This document shows positions 22,617 to 31,426 of a DNA stretch of 54,108 nucleotides, piece after piece. Below the pieces are notes generated by a model. That model ran no database searches. It was given only the letters and a program-made list of their open reading frames with translations, and was not told the origin of the DNA. Both the position numbers and the translations under genes were made by a program. The stretch lies in NCBI GenBank assembly GCA_947632685.1, contig CANRQD010000001.1, forward strand, positions 1 through 54,108, written 5' to 3'. Position 1 is the stretch's first letter. Each line of letters opens with the position of its first letter. The stretch is from an uncultured Bacilli bacterium. GTDB lineage: Bacteria; Bacillota_I; Bacilli_A; RF39; UBA660.

Positions 22617-23090
22617 ATGTATTTGTATATGAAAAAAATAATTAATTTTATATTATTAAGTTTTAGATATATATTATTTTTAGGTTCTTTTGCTATTACT
22701 TTTTTTATATTTGTAACAACTAATAAACAATCAAATAATAATATTAATAGTTCAATAGTTATATTTATTCCATATATGGTATTACTAATTTTATTTTTTA
22801 TAAATATTATAGGTAGACAAAAAAAAGTAAATTCAAATATATTTTATAATTTAACTTGTTGTTTAGTATTTTTTACTAATATGATTGTAGGTTATAGAGC
22901 TATATATGATAAAAATATGATATTAAATAAAATAATGGGTTATGATATAAATATGATATATTTTAATAATTATGTAATATTTATGAAATTATTAATGTAT
23001 GGTTTATGTATAGGAAATATATGTTTTATGGCAACTAAAAGAGAACAAAAAGAAATAATTTCAAATAAAAAAGAAATTGAAGTTTTATAG
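22617..23090 (+). CDS. Hypothetical polytopic membrane protein
   Basis: About 4 TM helices. The start is possibly at the MKKIINF ATG (22629). Confidence 0.45.
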   Translation: MYLYMKKIINFILLSFRYILFLGSFAITFFIFVTTNKQSNNNINSSIVIFIPYMVLLILFFINIIGRQKKVNSNIFYNLTCCLVFFTNMIVGYRAIYDKNMILNKIMGYDINMIYFNNYVIFMKLLMYGLCIGNICFMATKREQKEIISNKKEIEVL

Positions 23091-23132
23091 ATTTCTTTTT
23101 TTGTTTGATATATAATTTAATTAGGTGGTTTT

Positions 23133-23924
23133 ATGAGTACATTTAATTTTAAAAAAAAATATGGTCAAAATTTTTTAAATAATAGTGAAATAATAAAAAA
23201 AATAGTTGATATTTCAAATATTGATGATAATTCACTTATTATTGAAGTTGGTCCTGGTGGTGGTAGTTTAACTAAAGAACTTTCATTAAAATCAAAAAAT
23301 GTACTTTGCTATGAAATAGATTATGAATTGAAAGATTATTTAAATGAAATATTTAAAAATAGTAATGTTGATATTATATATGATGATTTTTTAAATAGAA
23401 ATATCGAAGAGGATATAAAAAATTATCAATATGACGATTTATATTTTGTAAGTAATGTACCATATTATATAACTACTCCTATATTAATAAAATTAATAGA
23501 ATCAAATTTAAATTTTAAAAAAATAGTAATGATGGTTCAAGAAGAGGTAGGAGAAAGATTTTCTGCAACTATTAATACAAGAAATTATGGTTCTATTACG
23601 GTATTTTTAAATTATTATTTTGATATAAAAAAAGAATTTAAAGTTAATAGACGTGAATTTACTCCAATGCCTAATGTGGATAGTATTGTAATATCTTTTA
23701 CAAGAAAAAATAATTTATTAAAATTGAAAAATAAAGAAATGTTTTTTAAATTAGTAAGGGACTCATTTAAATTTAAAAGAAAAAATATAAAAAATAATTT
23801 AAAAAATTATGATTTAGATATTGTTGAACAAATTTTGAAAGAAAATAATTTAGATTTATCATGTCGTGCTGAGCAGATTTCTATGGAAATATTTGTTAAA
23901 ATTAGTAATGCCATATCAAAGTGA
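23133..23924 (+). CDS. rsmA: 16S rRNA (adenine1518/1519-N6)-dimethyltransferase
   Basis: KKYGQNFL, the EVGPGGGSLT SAM motif, and NVPYYITTPI. Confidence 0.95.
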   Translation: MSTFNFKKKYGQNFLNNSEIIKKIVDISNIDDNSLIIEVGPGGGSLTKELSLKSKNVLCYEIDYELKDYLNEIFKNSNVDIIYDDFLNRNIEEDIKNYQYDDLYFVSNVPYYITTPILIKLIESNLNFKKIVMMVQEEVGERFSATINTRNYGSITVFLNYYFDIKKEFKVNRREFTPMPNVDSIVISFTRKNNLLKLKNKEMFFKLVRDSFKFKRKNIKNNLKNYDLDIVEQILKENNLDLSCRAEQISMEIFVKISNAISK

Positions 23925-23983
23925 TTCTAGTTTTAATAGAATAATTCTTTTTTTTTGTCATAAAATTAATAGGAGATGATTTT

Positions 23984-24292
23984 ATGAGTTTTGAAATTGG
24001 CGATTTAGTAACTAGAAAATCATATAATAATGATATTTTATTTAGGATAATTGATATAAATGAAAATATTGCTATTTTAAAAGGTGTAGATTTAAGATTA
24101 TATGCAGATAGTGTAATGGATGATTTAGTAAAGGAAGAAAAAGTATATAATGTAAATAAATCTGATAGGGAAATAATTAATGAAAATATTAGAAGTTTAG
24201 ATCTTAATAGAGATGAGTATTTCTATTTGCCGGGAAAGATTTTACATATTGATACTGACATTCTTAAAGTAACAATTTGCAAACCCTTATAA
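23984..24292 (+). pseudogene. yabG: 5' fragment (about 90 codons) of sporulation-specific protease gene yabG, interrupted by ICE insertion
   Basis: MSFEIGDLVTRKSYNNDILFRIIDI...LPGKILHID matches the B. subtilis YabG N-terminus (IGDMVARKSYQMDVLFRIIGI...MPGKVLHLDGD, recalled from memory). The ksgA-yabG synteny also holds. Similarity stops at about 24253-24262, then 10 unrelated codons and a stop follow. The roughly 200-aa catalytic part is absent from the window. Confidence 0.75.
24252..24273 (+). repeat. Junction repeat copy 1 (ATACTGACATTCTTAAAGTAAC)
   Basis: Its perfect 22-bp reverse complement occurs at 24580-24601. It spans the yabG/ICE junction. Confidence 0.8.
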
Positions 24293-24388
24293 AATAAGGA
24301 AAAACCAACTTTAAAATTTCTAAAAAATCTCAAAAAAAACAAAAAATAGGTAAAAAATTTAAAAAATTCTACACTTAAAAGAAGAGGG

Positions 24389-24406
24389 TGACATTTCTTA
24401 AGTAAC
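24389..24406 (+). repeat. Junction repeat copy 2, degenerate direct copy (TGACATTTCTTAAGTAAC)
   Basis: 15/18 ungapped identity to 24256-24273. A compensating 1-nt shift gives 17/18. Confidence 0.5.
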
Positions 24407-24441
24407 TAAAATTGATATATTTTTAACTAACGAAACATAAC

Positions 24442-24472
24442 AGGAATTGATATAACTTCAATTCCTTTTTTT
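24442..24472 (+). terminator. Rho-independent terminator inside the ICE left end
   Basis: Stem AGGAATTGA / TCAATTCCT with a 7-nt loop, then TTTTTT. It would block read-through from yabG into the ICE. Confidence 0.6.
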
Positions 24473-24579
24473 CTATATTTATAGCTAATTTTAGATAAAT
24501 AAAATTAAACAATTAAAAACCTATTTTTTTTAAAAAATAAAAGAAAGTAACACTAATTAAATTATAGAAATGCAAAATA

Positions 24580-24601
24580 GTTACTTTAAGAATGTCAGTA
24601 T
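24580..24601 (-). repeat. Junction repeat copy 3, inverted (GTTACTTTAAGAATGTCAGTAT)
   Basis: Perfect reverse complement of 24252-24273. The flanks are also partly symmetric (AATTTGCAAA vs TATTTTGCATTT). Confidence 0.8.
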
Positions 24602-24680
24602 GGCTGATTTCTTATTGAACTATTTTAATATAAGGAAAATTTGAATAATTTTAATTCTATTATTTAGAGAGGAGGATATT

Positions 24681-25457
24681 ATGGGAGAATTTAAGGTATT
24701 TAGAAATGGTGATTTTACTGTTATGAGTAATTATCATTTAAAAGATAAAAACTTATCATTAAAAGCAATAGGATTATTAAGTAAAATGCTAAGTTTACCA
24801 GATAATTGGGATTATTCTTTAGTTGGTCTTGTAGCAATATGTAAAGAAAGTAAAGATACAATTAGAACTACATTAAATGAATTAAAACATTATAATTATA
24901 TAGAAATAGAAAAGCTAAGAACCAAAAAAGGAACATATAGATATAATTATCTTATTTTCGAAAATCCTCGTGATAAGGCATTAAAAATAGGAAATAAACC
25001 AGATACGGAAAATCCATACCTGGTTGAGCCAGATATGGAAAATTATACCCAATATAATATTAAAGAATATAATATTAATAATAAAAAGTATAAAATAGAT
25101 AATATAGATAAAACCAAAGGTCCACATCATAAAGCATTAATCGATGAATTAATTAGATTAAATTATATAAAAGAAGATGATGAACAAATTATTTTTTATG
25201 ATAGTTTGTTTGATAAGTATATAAATAATGGTAATTCATATACAGATATTTATTCTGCAATTCATTATATCGTTCCACGAGTAATAGATAGAAATTTTAT
25301 TGATGATGATGGAAAAAATATTATGAACAAATTTGGATATTTTAAAGCAGCTATGGAATCTAATTTTAAAAAGCTTAATAGATACAAGGAAGAACTATCA
25401 GATGACGATAGTTCTTTTTGGGATAATTATGAAATTTCAGATATAGAAGGAAGGTGA
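24681..25457 (+). CDS. ICE replication-initiator/DnaD-like winged-HTH protein
   Basis: The N-terminus FTVMSNYHLKDKNLSLKAIGLLSKMLSLPDNWDYSLVGL is typical of HTH_36/RepA_N-like proteins that precede parAB in Firmicute ICEs and plasmids. A GAGGAGG RBS is present. Confidence 0.6.
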   Translation: MGEFKVFRNGDFTVMSNYHLKDKNLSLKAIGLLSKMLSLPDNWDYSLVGLVAICKESKDTIRTTLNELKHYNYIEIEKLRTKKGTYRYNYLIFENPRDKALKIGNKPDTENPYLVEPDMENYTQYNIKEYNINNKKYKIDNIDKTKGPHHKALIDELIRLNYIKEDDEQIIFYDSLFDKYINNGNSYTDIYSAIHYIVPRVIDRNFIDDDGKNIMNKFGYFKAAMESNFKKLNRYKEELSDDDSSFWDNYEISDIEGR

Positions 25458-25461
25458 GAAG

Positions 25462-26292
25462 ATGCCAAAATGTGAAGTTATTGCTGTTGCTAATCAAAAA
25501 GGTGGTGTTGGTAAAACTACAACTACATTCAATTTAGGTGTTGCTTTAGCAAAAGAAGGTAAAAGAGTTCTACTTATTGATGCTGATCCACAAGCTGATT
25601 TAACAACTTATATGGGTTGGCATAATGCTGATAGTATTCCTAATACATTATCAACAATAATGAATAAAACAATAAATGATGAGGATTTTGATATACAAAA
25701 AGCAATTCTTAAACACGATGAAGGAGTTGATTTACTTCCGTCAAATTTGGAACTTGCTTCTACAGAAGTTAGTTTAGCAAATGCAATGTGTAGAGAGTAT
25801 ACATTAAAAAATTCTATTTCACAGATAAAGAAAAATTATGACTATATATTAATTGATTGTATGCCAAGTCTTGCAATGCTTACAGTAAATGCATTAGCTA
25901 GTAGTGATAAAGTTATTATACCTGTACAATCTGAGTTTTTAGCAGCAAAAGGTATGAGTCATTTAATGAGTACTATCTTAAAAGTTAGAAAAGTTATTAA
26001 TCCAAATCTTAAAGTTGGAGGAATACTTTTAACAATGGTAGATGGTAGAACTAATTTATCAAAAGATATAAGTAAAGAATTAAAGGAAACCTATGGAACT
26101 GTTTTTAAATTATTCGATACTAAAATACCAAGAGCAGTAAAAGCTGCAGAATCATCTAGATTAGGTGAAAGTATTTTATCTTATGATAAAAGCAGTAAGG
26201 TTGCTCAAAGATATATTGACTTTGCAAAAGAGGTGATTAAATATGAACGAGAAGAAAAAACAAGAAATACCAATACCATTCAAATTAGATGA
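25462..26292 (+). CDS. parA: ParA/Soj-family partition ATPase
   Basis: Deviant Walker A NQKGGVGKTTT, plus LLIDADPQ and IIPVQSEF motifs. Confidence 0.9.
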   Translation: MPKCEVIAVANQKGGVGKTTTTFNLGVALAKEGKRVLLIDADPQADLTTYMGWHNADSIPNTLSTIMNKTINDEDFDIQKAILKHDEGVDLLPSNLELASTEVSLANAMCREYTLKNSISQIKKNYDYILIDCMPSLAMLTVNALASSDKVIIPVQSEFLAAKGMSHLMSTILKVRKVINPNLKVGGILLTMVDGRTNLSKDISKELKETYGTVFKLFDTKIPRAVKAAESSRLGESILSYDKSSKVAQRYIDFAKEVIKYEREEKTRNTNTIQIR

Positions 26293-27211
26293 TTTTTATA
26301 CAACTCAAGAGCAAAGAGATGAAGAAGGTAAGGAAAAAGTTGAAGAAATAGACATTTCATTAATTGATAATTTTAAAGAACATCCATTTAAAGTAATAGA
26401 AGATAGTGATATGGAATCATTAAAGGAAAGTATTAAAACAAACGGATTATTATCTCCTGTAATTATAAGAAAAAAAGCTAATGGTAGATATGAAATGTTA
26501 TCAGGACATAGAAGAAAGTTTGCTTGTGAAAATCTTGGAATGAGTAATATAAAGTGTATTATTAAGGATTTATCAGATGATGAAGCAACAATTTTTATGG
26601 TAGATAGCAATCTTCAAAGAGAAAAACTTTTACCATCAGAAAAAGCATTTGCTTATAAAATGAAATATGATGCCTTAATTCACAAAAGATCTAAATGCCA
26701 ACTTAACACAAAGGTGTGCCAAGTTGGCACAGTAATTAGAAGTGATGAATTGTTATCTGAAGAACTTGGAGAAAGTGCAAGACAAATTCAAAGATATATG
26801 AGACTAACTCATTTAATTCCAGAATTATTGAAGTTAGTTGATAATTCAGAAATAAAAGATAAATCTATCCCTTCAATTGCTTTATCTCCAGCAGTAGAAT
26901 TATCCTATTTAAAAGAATCTGAACAAACAATATTAAATAATTATATTAGTTGTAATTTAGTTACTCCTAGTCATTCACAAGCAATTGCTTTAAAAAATTT
27001 AAGTCAAAAAGGACTTTTATCAGATATAACATTAAATAATATTATGGATAAAGAAAAACCTAATCAGATACCTCAATTCAAAATAAAAGAGGAAAAATTA
27101 TATAAAGTTATTCCTAAAAATTTAGCAAGAGATAAAATAGAAGATTTTGTCTTAAAAGCCTGTGAATATTATTCTAAAAAATTAAGACAGAAAGATAGAG
27201 AAGGGAGGTGA
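26243..27211 (+). CDS. parB: ParB/Spo0J-like N-terminal domain protein
   Basis: The ParB box GLLSPVIIRKKANGRYEMLSGHRRKFA is present, as is an HTH region. It overlaps the parA 3' end and has an AGAGGTGA RBS. Confidence 0.85.
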   Translation: MNEKKKQEIPIPFKLDDFYTTQEQRDEEGKEKVEEIDISLIDNFKEHPFKVIEDSDMESLKESIKTNGLLSPVIIRKKANGRYEMLSGHRRKFACENLGMSNIKCIIKDLSDDEATIFMVDSNLQREKLLPSEKAFAYKMKYDALIHKRSKCQLNTKVCQVGTVIRSDELLSEELGESARQIQRYMRLTHLIPELLKLVDNSEIKDKSIPSIALSPAVELSYLKESEQTILNNYISCNLVTPSHSQAIALKNLSQKGLLSDITLNNIMDKEKPNQIPQFKIKEEKLYKVIPKNLARDKIEDFVLKACEYYSKKLRQKDREGR

Positions 27212-27298
27212 TGCCTATGATATAGTTGTTAACCACTAATTTGCACATTTGCACTAGTTGAAAATGCTTATATAATGCAAATTAGAAAGGGTGATTAT

Positions 27299-27961
27299 AT
27301 GAAAAAAATTGTAATAATAGTAATATCTCTTATTTTAGTTATTGTTTCTACTATATCTGTAGTGATAATTAATAGCAATAAAGATTCAAAAAGTAACTTT
27401 AAGCAAACTGCAATGAAAGTTAAATCTAAAAAGAAAAATAGTAGTATTTCAAAAACCAAACCAGATGAAAAACCTGCTTCAAATGAAGAAAAAAATGATA
27501 CTACAAATATAAAAAAATCAGATGATAATAACAAAAATATAGATAATAATAAACCAAAAGGATCTAATAGTAATACTAATGAAACTGAAAATAATAGTAT
27601 TCAAAGTAAACAAACAGTTAAATCATCTGATATTCAAGGTACAAAAAATGTAACTTCACCACCAAATACTGCACCTGAAAGAAGTTTAACGGAATGGGAA
27701 AAACTTGGAATATCAGAATATGATTATTATAATACACCAAGTGATAATGAGGGTGAGTTAGTATTTAAGGGAGATATGAGTTTATGCCAAAATGAAATTA
27801 ATAGATTGGTGAATAAGTATTATGACTCAGGACTTGATGGAGGTAATTATTATACTATTAATGGTAAATATACACATTCTTATTTAGGATGTGGAATAAA
27901 AATGTATATGAATGGACAAGCATATACATATAGTCAAATAAAATCAATGGGATTTAATTAA
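27299..27961 (+). CDS. Secreted/anchored hypothetical protein with low-complexity linker
   Basis: Start at ATG 27299 (MKKIVIIVISLIL...) behind a GGGTGA RBS. It has an N/K/S-rich linker and a Cys-containing C-terminal globular part. Confidence 0.55.
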   Translation: MKKIVIIVISLILVIVSTISVVIINSNKDSKSNFKQTAMKVKSKKKNSSISKTKPDEKPASNEEKNDTTNIKKSDDNNKNIDNNKPKGSNSNTNETENNSIQSKQTVKSSDIQGTKNVTSPPNTAPERSLTEWEKLGISEYDYYNTPSDNEGELVFKGDMSLCQNEINRLVNKYYDSGLDGGNYYTINGKYTHSYLGCGIKMYMNGQAYTYSQIKSMGFN

Positions 27962-28018
27962 AAATATATAGAAGCACATATAGTGCTTTTTTTTATAGAA
28001 AAACGAAAGGATGATAAA

Positions 28019-29791
28019 ATGAAGAAAATTAAAAATAAAATATTAAATATAATGTTAATAGTAATTACATTAGTTACATCTATTTCATCAATAGATGTAA
28101 AAGCATATACAACAAATGACACACTTATTTTAGATGAAAATTATAAATTTTGGGTTGCAATATATAATAGAGCAAACACTCATATGGTTGCAACACAGGA
28201 AACAATGATTAGGAGATCCTCTGATAATAGACCAGTTTATTGTATTCAACCTCATATTCAATTTTATGAAGGTCAAGTTACTGGTATAGTTGATAGTAAT
28301 ACAATGGTATCAATATCAGGATTAAGCTCTGAACAATTAGAAAGGATAAAATTAGTATCATATTATGGATATGGATATGGTAATCATACTGCTATAGAGT
28401 GGTATTATGCTACACAATTATTAATATGGCAAACAACAAATCCTGGATATGTTTATGCTATAGCTGATGGAGACCGTAGTTTAACACCATCATCAAGATA
28501 TGATTCATATTATAATGAAATAAATTCATTAGTTAATAGTCATACTACAGCACCAAGTTTTGCTAGGCAAACATTTGAAATGAAGAATAATGAAACTCTA
28601 ACTATTCCAGATACAAATAATGTATTAGGAAAATTCTATGAAGGATCAGAAAATGAATATTATAAAGCAGAAATAAGTGGTAACAATTTAGTTATTACAG
28701 CTAAAAAAGGATATACTGGTACTATTGAATTAAGAGTTAAACGTAATGATAACCCTCCTATGATATATGAGGGAGATAATCAATTATGTATGTCTGCAGG
28801 AGATCCAGTAATGATGATGACAAGATTAAATATTTTTATTACTACAGAATTTAAAGGATATAAAGTTTATGGAGATAAAGAAGATGGATATTATAGACCA
28901 GAAAAAAATGCTGAATTTGAAATTTATGATAATAAAACAAATCAATTAATAACTACTTTAACATCAAATGAGCAAGGATTAATTGAATATAATTTTAGAA
29001 TAGGTGAATATCGAATCCATCAAACTAAAGGTAAAGAAGGATTTAAACTTGTTAAAGATTATATTTTAATTGTAGATGGTAGTAATTTAAAAGAGATAGT
29101 CTATTTTCAAAATAATGCCATAACAGGTAGTTTAGAATTTTCAAAGGAAGATTTATCTACAGGAAAACCACTTCCAAATACATTAGTAGAAATATATAAT
29201 GCTGATACAGATGAATTAGTTTATTCTGGTAGAACAGGAAACGATGGAAAAATTGTAGTTAATAATTTAAAATATGGAAAATACTATATTTTAGAAAAAG
29301 AGGCACCAGAGGGATATACTTTAAATGAAGAAAAAATGTATTTTGAAATATTGGAAGATGGAAAAGTAGTAAAAGCTACAATGAAAGATGAAAAAATAAA
29401 AGGAACATTGGAATTTACAAAAGAGGATTTATCTACAGGTGAGCCACTTCCAAATACATTAGTAGAAATATATAATGCTGATACAGATGAATTAGTATAT
29501 TCTGGTAGAACAGGAAATGATGGAAAAATAGTAATCAAAGATTTGGAATATGGAAAATACTATATTTTAGAGAAAGAAGCACCAGAAGGATATACTTTAA
29601 ATGAAGAAAAAATGTATTTTGAAATATTAGAAGATGGAAAAGTAGTAAAAGCTACAATGAAAGATGAAAAAATAATTGAAGTTCCAGATACAGATAAGTC
29701 AGAAATTAAAACAACTATTATTGGTGGTTTTATATTAATATTAATTGGTGCAGATATAATTTTATATGCAAGAAAAAAAAGAAAAAAGTAA
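28019..29791 (+). CDS. Surface adhesin with thioester domain and tandem Cna-B/SpaA-type repeats
   Basis: A signal peptide is present (start ATG 28019). The thioester-domain signature is Cys in PVYCIQP plus Gln in ATQLLIWQ (TQxxIW). Two 92-aa near-identical repeats follow. The C-terminus is VPDTD, a hydrophobic helix, then a KKRKK tail, which is sorting-signal-like. Confidence 0.8.
   Translation: MKKIKNKILNIMLIVITLVTSISSIDVKAYTTNDTLILDENYKFWVAIYNRANTHMVATQETMIRRSSDNRPVYCIQPHIQFYEGQVTGIVDSNTMVSISGLSSEQLERIKLVSYYGYGYGNHTAIEWYYATQLLIWQTTNPGYVYAIADGDRSLTPSSRYDSYYNEINSLVNSHTTAPSFARQTFEMKNNETLTIPDTNNVLGKFYEGSENEYYKAEISGNNLVITAKKGYTGTIELRVKRNDNPPMIYEGDNQLCMSAGDPVMMMTRLNIFITTEFKGYKVYGDKEDGYYRPEKNAEFEIYDNKTNQLITTLTSNEQGLIEYNFRIGEYRIHQTKGKEGFKLVKDYILIVDGSNLKEIVYFQNNAITGSLEFSKEDLSTGKPLPNTLVEIYNADTDELVYSGRTGNDGKIVVNNLKYGKYYILEKEAPEGYTLNEEKMYFEILEDGKVVKATMKDEKIKGTLEFTKEDLSTGEPLPNTLVEIYNADTDELVYSGRTGNDGKIVIKDLEYGKYYILEKEAPEGYTLNEEKMYFEILEDGKVVKATMKDEKIIEVPDTDKSEIKTTIIGGFILILIGADIILYARKKRKK
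29125..29676 (+). repeat. Two tandem, near-identical 276-bp coding repeats inside the adhesin gene
   Basis: The marker ATTTATCTAC occurs at 29151 and 29427, giving a 276-nt period. Long identical runs include CCACTTCCAAATACATTAGTAGAAATATATAATGCTGATACAGATGAATTAGT. Confidence 0.85.
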
Positions 29792-30392
29792 ACCAAATAT
29801 ATTAATAATAGTTGGTTTTTTATTTCTATTTTCTGGGTTAAGTGTAATAGTATATAATTATATTTCAAATAAATTAATTATTAATAAAGAAAAAGATGCT
29901 ATAGAAAGATACTATATTGATGACAAAGAAGCTGTTATTGATAATGGTTCTACTAATGACTTTAAAGATAATAATGAAGTTAAAAGCAATTCAAAATTAG
30001 AATATATTGCAATACTTAAAATACCTAAAATTGATTTAGTAAGAGGTCTCGTAGATCTAAAAAGTCATCTAAATAGTATAAATTATAATGTTGAGATTAT
30101 AGATGGTTCTGATATGCCTGACAAAGAAAAAGGTAATATGATATTGGTAGCACATTCAGGAAATTCACGTATTTCATATTTTAGAAATTTAGATAAATTG
30201 AAAAGAAATGACAAAGTAACTCTTGATTATAATGGTATAACTTATAATTATAAAGTTGTTAATATATATGACATTGAAAAAACAGGTTCTGTTAATATTG
30301 TTAAAAATAATGATACTACAACATTAACACTTGTAACTTGCAGACATAACACTAATAAACAAATAATAATAATATGTGAATTAGAAAAATAG
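29766..30392 (+). CDS. Sortase (dedicated to the adjacent adhesin)
   Basis: N-terminal TM helix, LVAHSG (His), the TLVTCRH active-site Cys motif, and a downstream Arg. It overlaps the adhesin's 3' end. Confidence 0.85.
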   Translation: MQEKKEKSKPNILIIVGFLFLFSGLSVIVYNYISNKLIINKEKDAIERYYIDDKEAVIDNGSTNDFKDNNEVKSNSKLEYIAILKIPKIDLVRGLVDLKSHLNSINYNVEIIDGSDMPDKEKGNMILVAHSGNSRISYFRNLDKLKRNDKVTLDYNGITYNYKVVNIYDIEKTGSVNIVKNNDTTTLTLVTCRHNTNKQIIIICELEK

Positions 30393-30454
30393 TTTAATTT
30401 GCACATTTTTAATTAATTATTTAAAAGTATAAAATGTAATTATGGAGGTGCAAA

Positions 30455-30772
30455 ATGATAAGAAAGGATTTAGATGATATATCTGATTATGACTATGAAA
30501 ATGTAATTACACCTTGTGAAGAAAAAATAAAAAAAGAGTTGCAAGATAAATTTTTAAATGAATATGTAGCTTTTAATATTTTTGTTTTCTATAATGGTGA
30601 TGCTTTATGGGATGAACCATTTGAATTGCAAGTAAAAGATGCTATTGAAAGCTTATATCAATTTACAACTAATGATTGTAATTTTAAAAAGATAAAAGAA
30701 ATATTAAAAAGCAAATATAAATTAAAAGTAGTATGTGAGTCACCATTTAATATTGAAGAAATGAAGAGCTAA
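30455..30772 (+). CDS. Small acidic hypothetical protein
   Basis: 105 aa with a GGAGGTG RBS. No motif recognised. Confidence 0.45.
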   Translation: MIRKDLDDISDYDYENVITPCEEKIKKELQDKFLNEYVAFNIFVFYNGDALWDEPFELQVKDAIESLYQFTTNDCNFKKIKEILKSKYKLKVVCESPFNIEEMKS

Positions 30773-30805
30773 TCAGTTCTTTTTTTTATGAAAGGAGACA
30801 ATTAG

Positions 30806-31039
30806 ATGGATATTGAAAAGATAATTAAAGAAAGATTTAAAGTCTTTGAAAAAATAATTAAAGTTGGATATAACACAGATAAAAAAATAATTGAAATGAA
30901 AATAGAAGATTTAATTCAATTACCTAATTTTAGTAGAAGTGAATTAACTATTGCTATAGGAATTAGAGATTCACTTTCTAATAGAAAATTAGTTACATTT
31001 TTATGTGGTATTAATGACGAAAAACAATTGAAAAATTGA
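30806..31039 (+). CDS. Small hypothetical protein
   Basis: 77 aa with an AAGGAGA RBS. Confidence 0.45.
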   Translation: MDIEKIIKERFKVFEKIIKVGYNTDKKIIEMKIEDLIQLPNFSRSELTIAIGIRDSLSNRKLVTFLCGINDEKQLKN

Positions 31040-31074
31040 TTCATAAAAATAAAAAAGAAAAGGAGAGTGATAGT

Positions 31075-31422
31075 ATGTTGAATCAAGTTGTGTTAGTAGG
31101 AAGATTAACTGATGATCCAAAAGTTAAAAATACTGAAGATGGAAAGGAAGTAAGTAACATAACACTTGCTATTCCCAGAAGTTTTAAAAATTCAGAAGGA
31201 GAATATGATACAGACTTTATTGATATAACTTTATGGTCTGGAATTGCATCAAATACTGCTGAATATTGTAAGAAGGGTGATATTATTGGAGTAAAAGGAA
31301 GAATTCAATCTAGTTCTTTTGAGAACAAAGATGGTAATAAAGAATTTAGAGTAAATGTAATTGCAGAAAGGGTTACATTTCTATCATCTAAAAACAAAGA
31401 TGAACCAGAAAGTGCTAGGTAA
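31075..31422 (+). CDS. ssb: Single-stranded DNA-binding protein
   Basis: MLNQVVLVGRLTDDPK is an OB-fold N-terminus. Start at ATG 31075 behind an AAGGAGAG RBS. The track ORF starts at TTG 31036. Confidence 0.9.
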   Translation: MLNQVVLVGRLTDDPKVKNTEDGKEVSNITLAIPRSFKNSEGEYDTDFIDITLWSGIASNTAEYCKKGDIIGVKGRIQSSSFENKDGNKEFRVNVIAERVTFLSSKNKDEPESAR

Positions 31423-31426
31423 TATT

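Noticed and set aside
29125-29676. Tandem near-identical repeats, considered as a possible CRISPR or satellite array
   Set aside because: There are only two units of 276 bp. They are in frame within the adhesin gene and encode a duplicated Cna-B-like domain, and there are no spacers. No CRISPR-like short repeat/spacer arrays were seen anywhere in the window.
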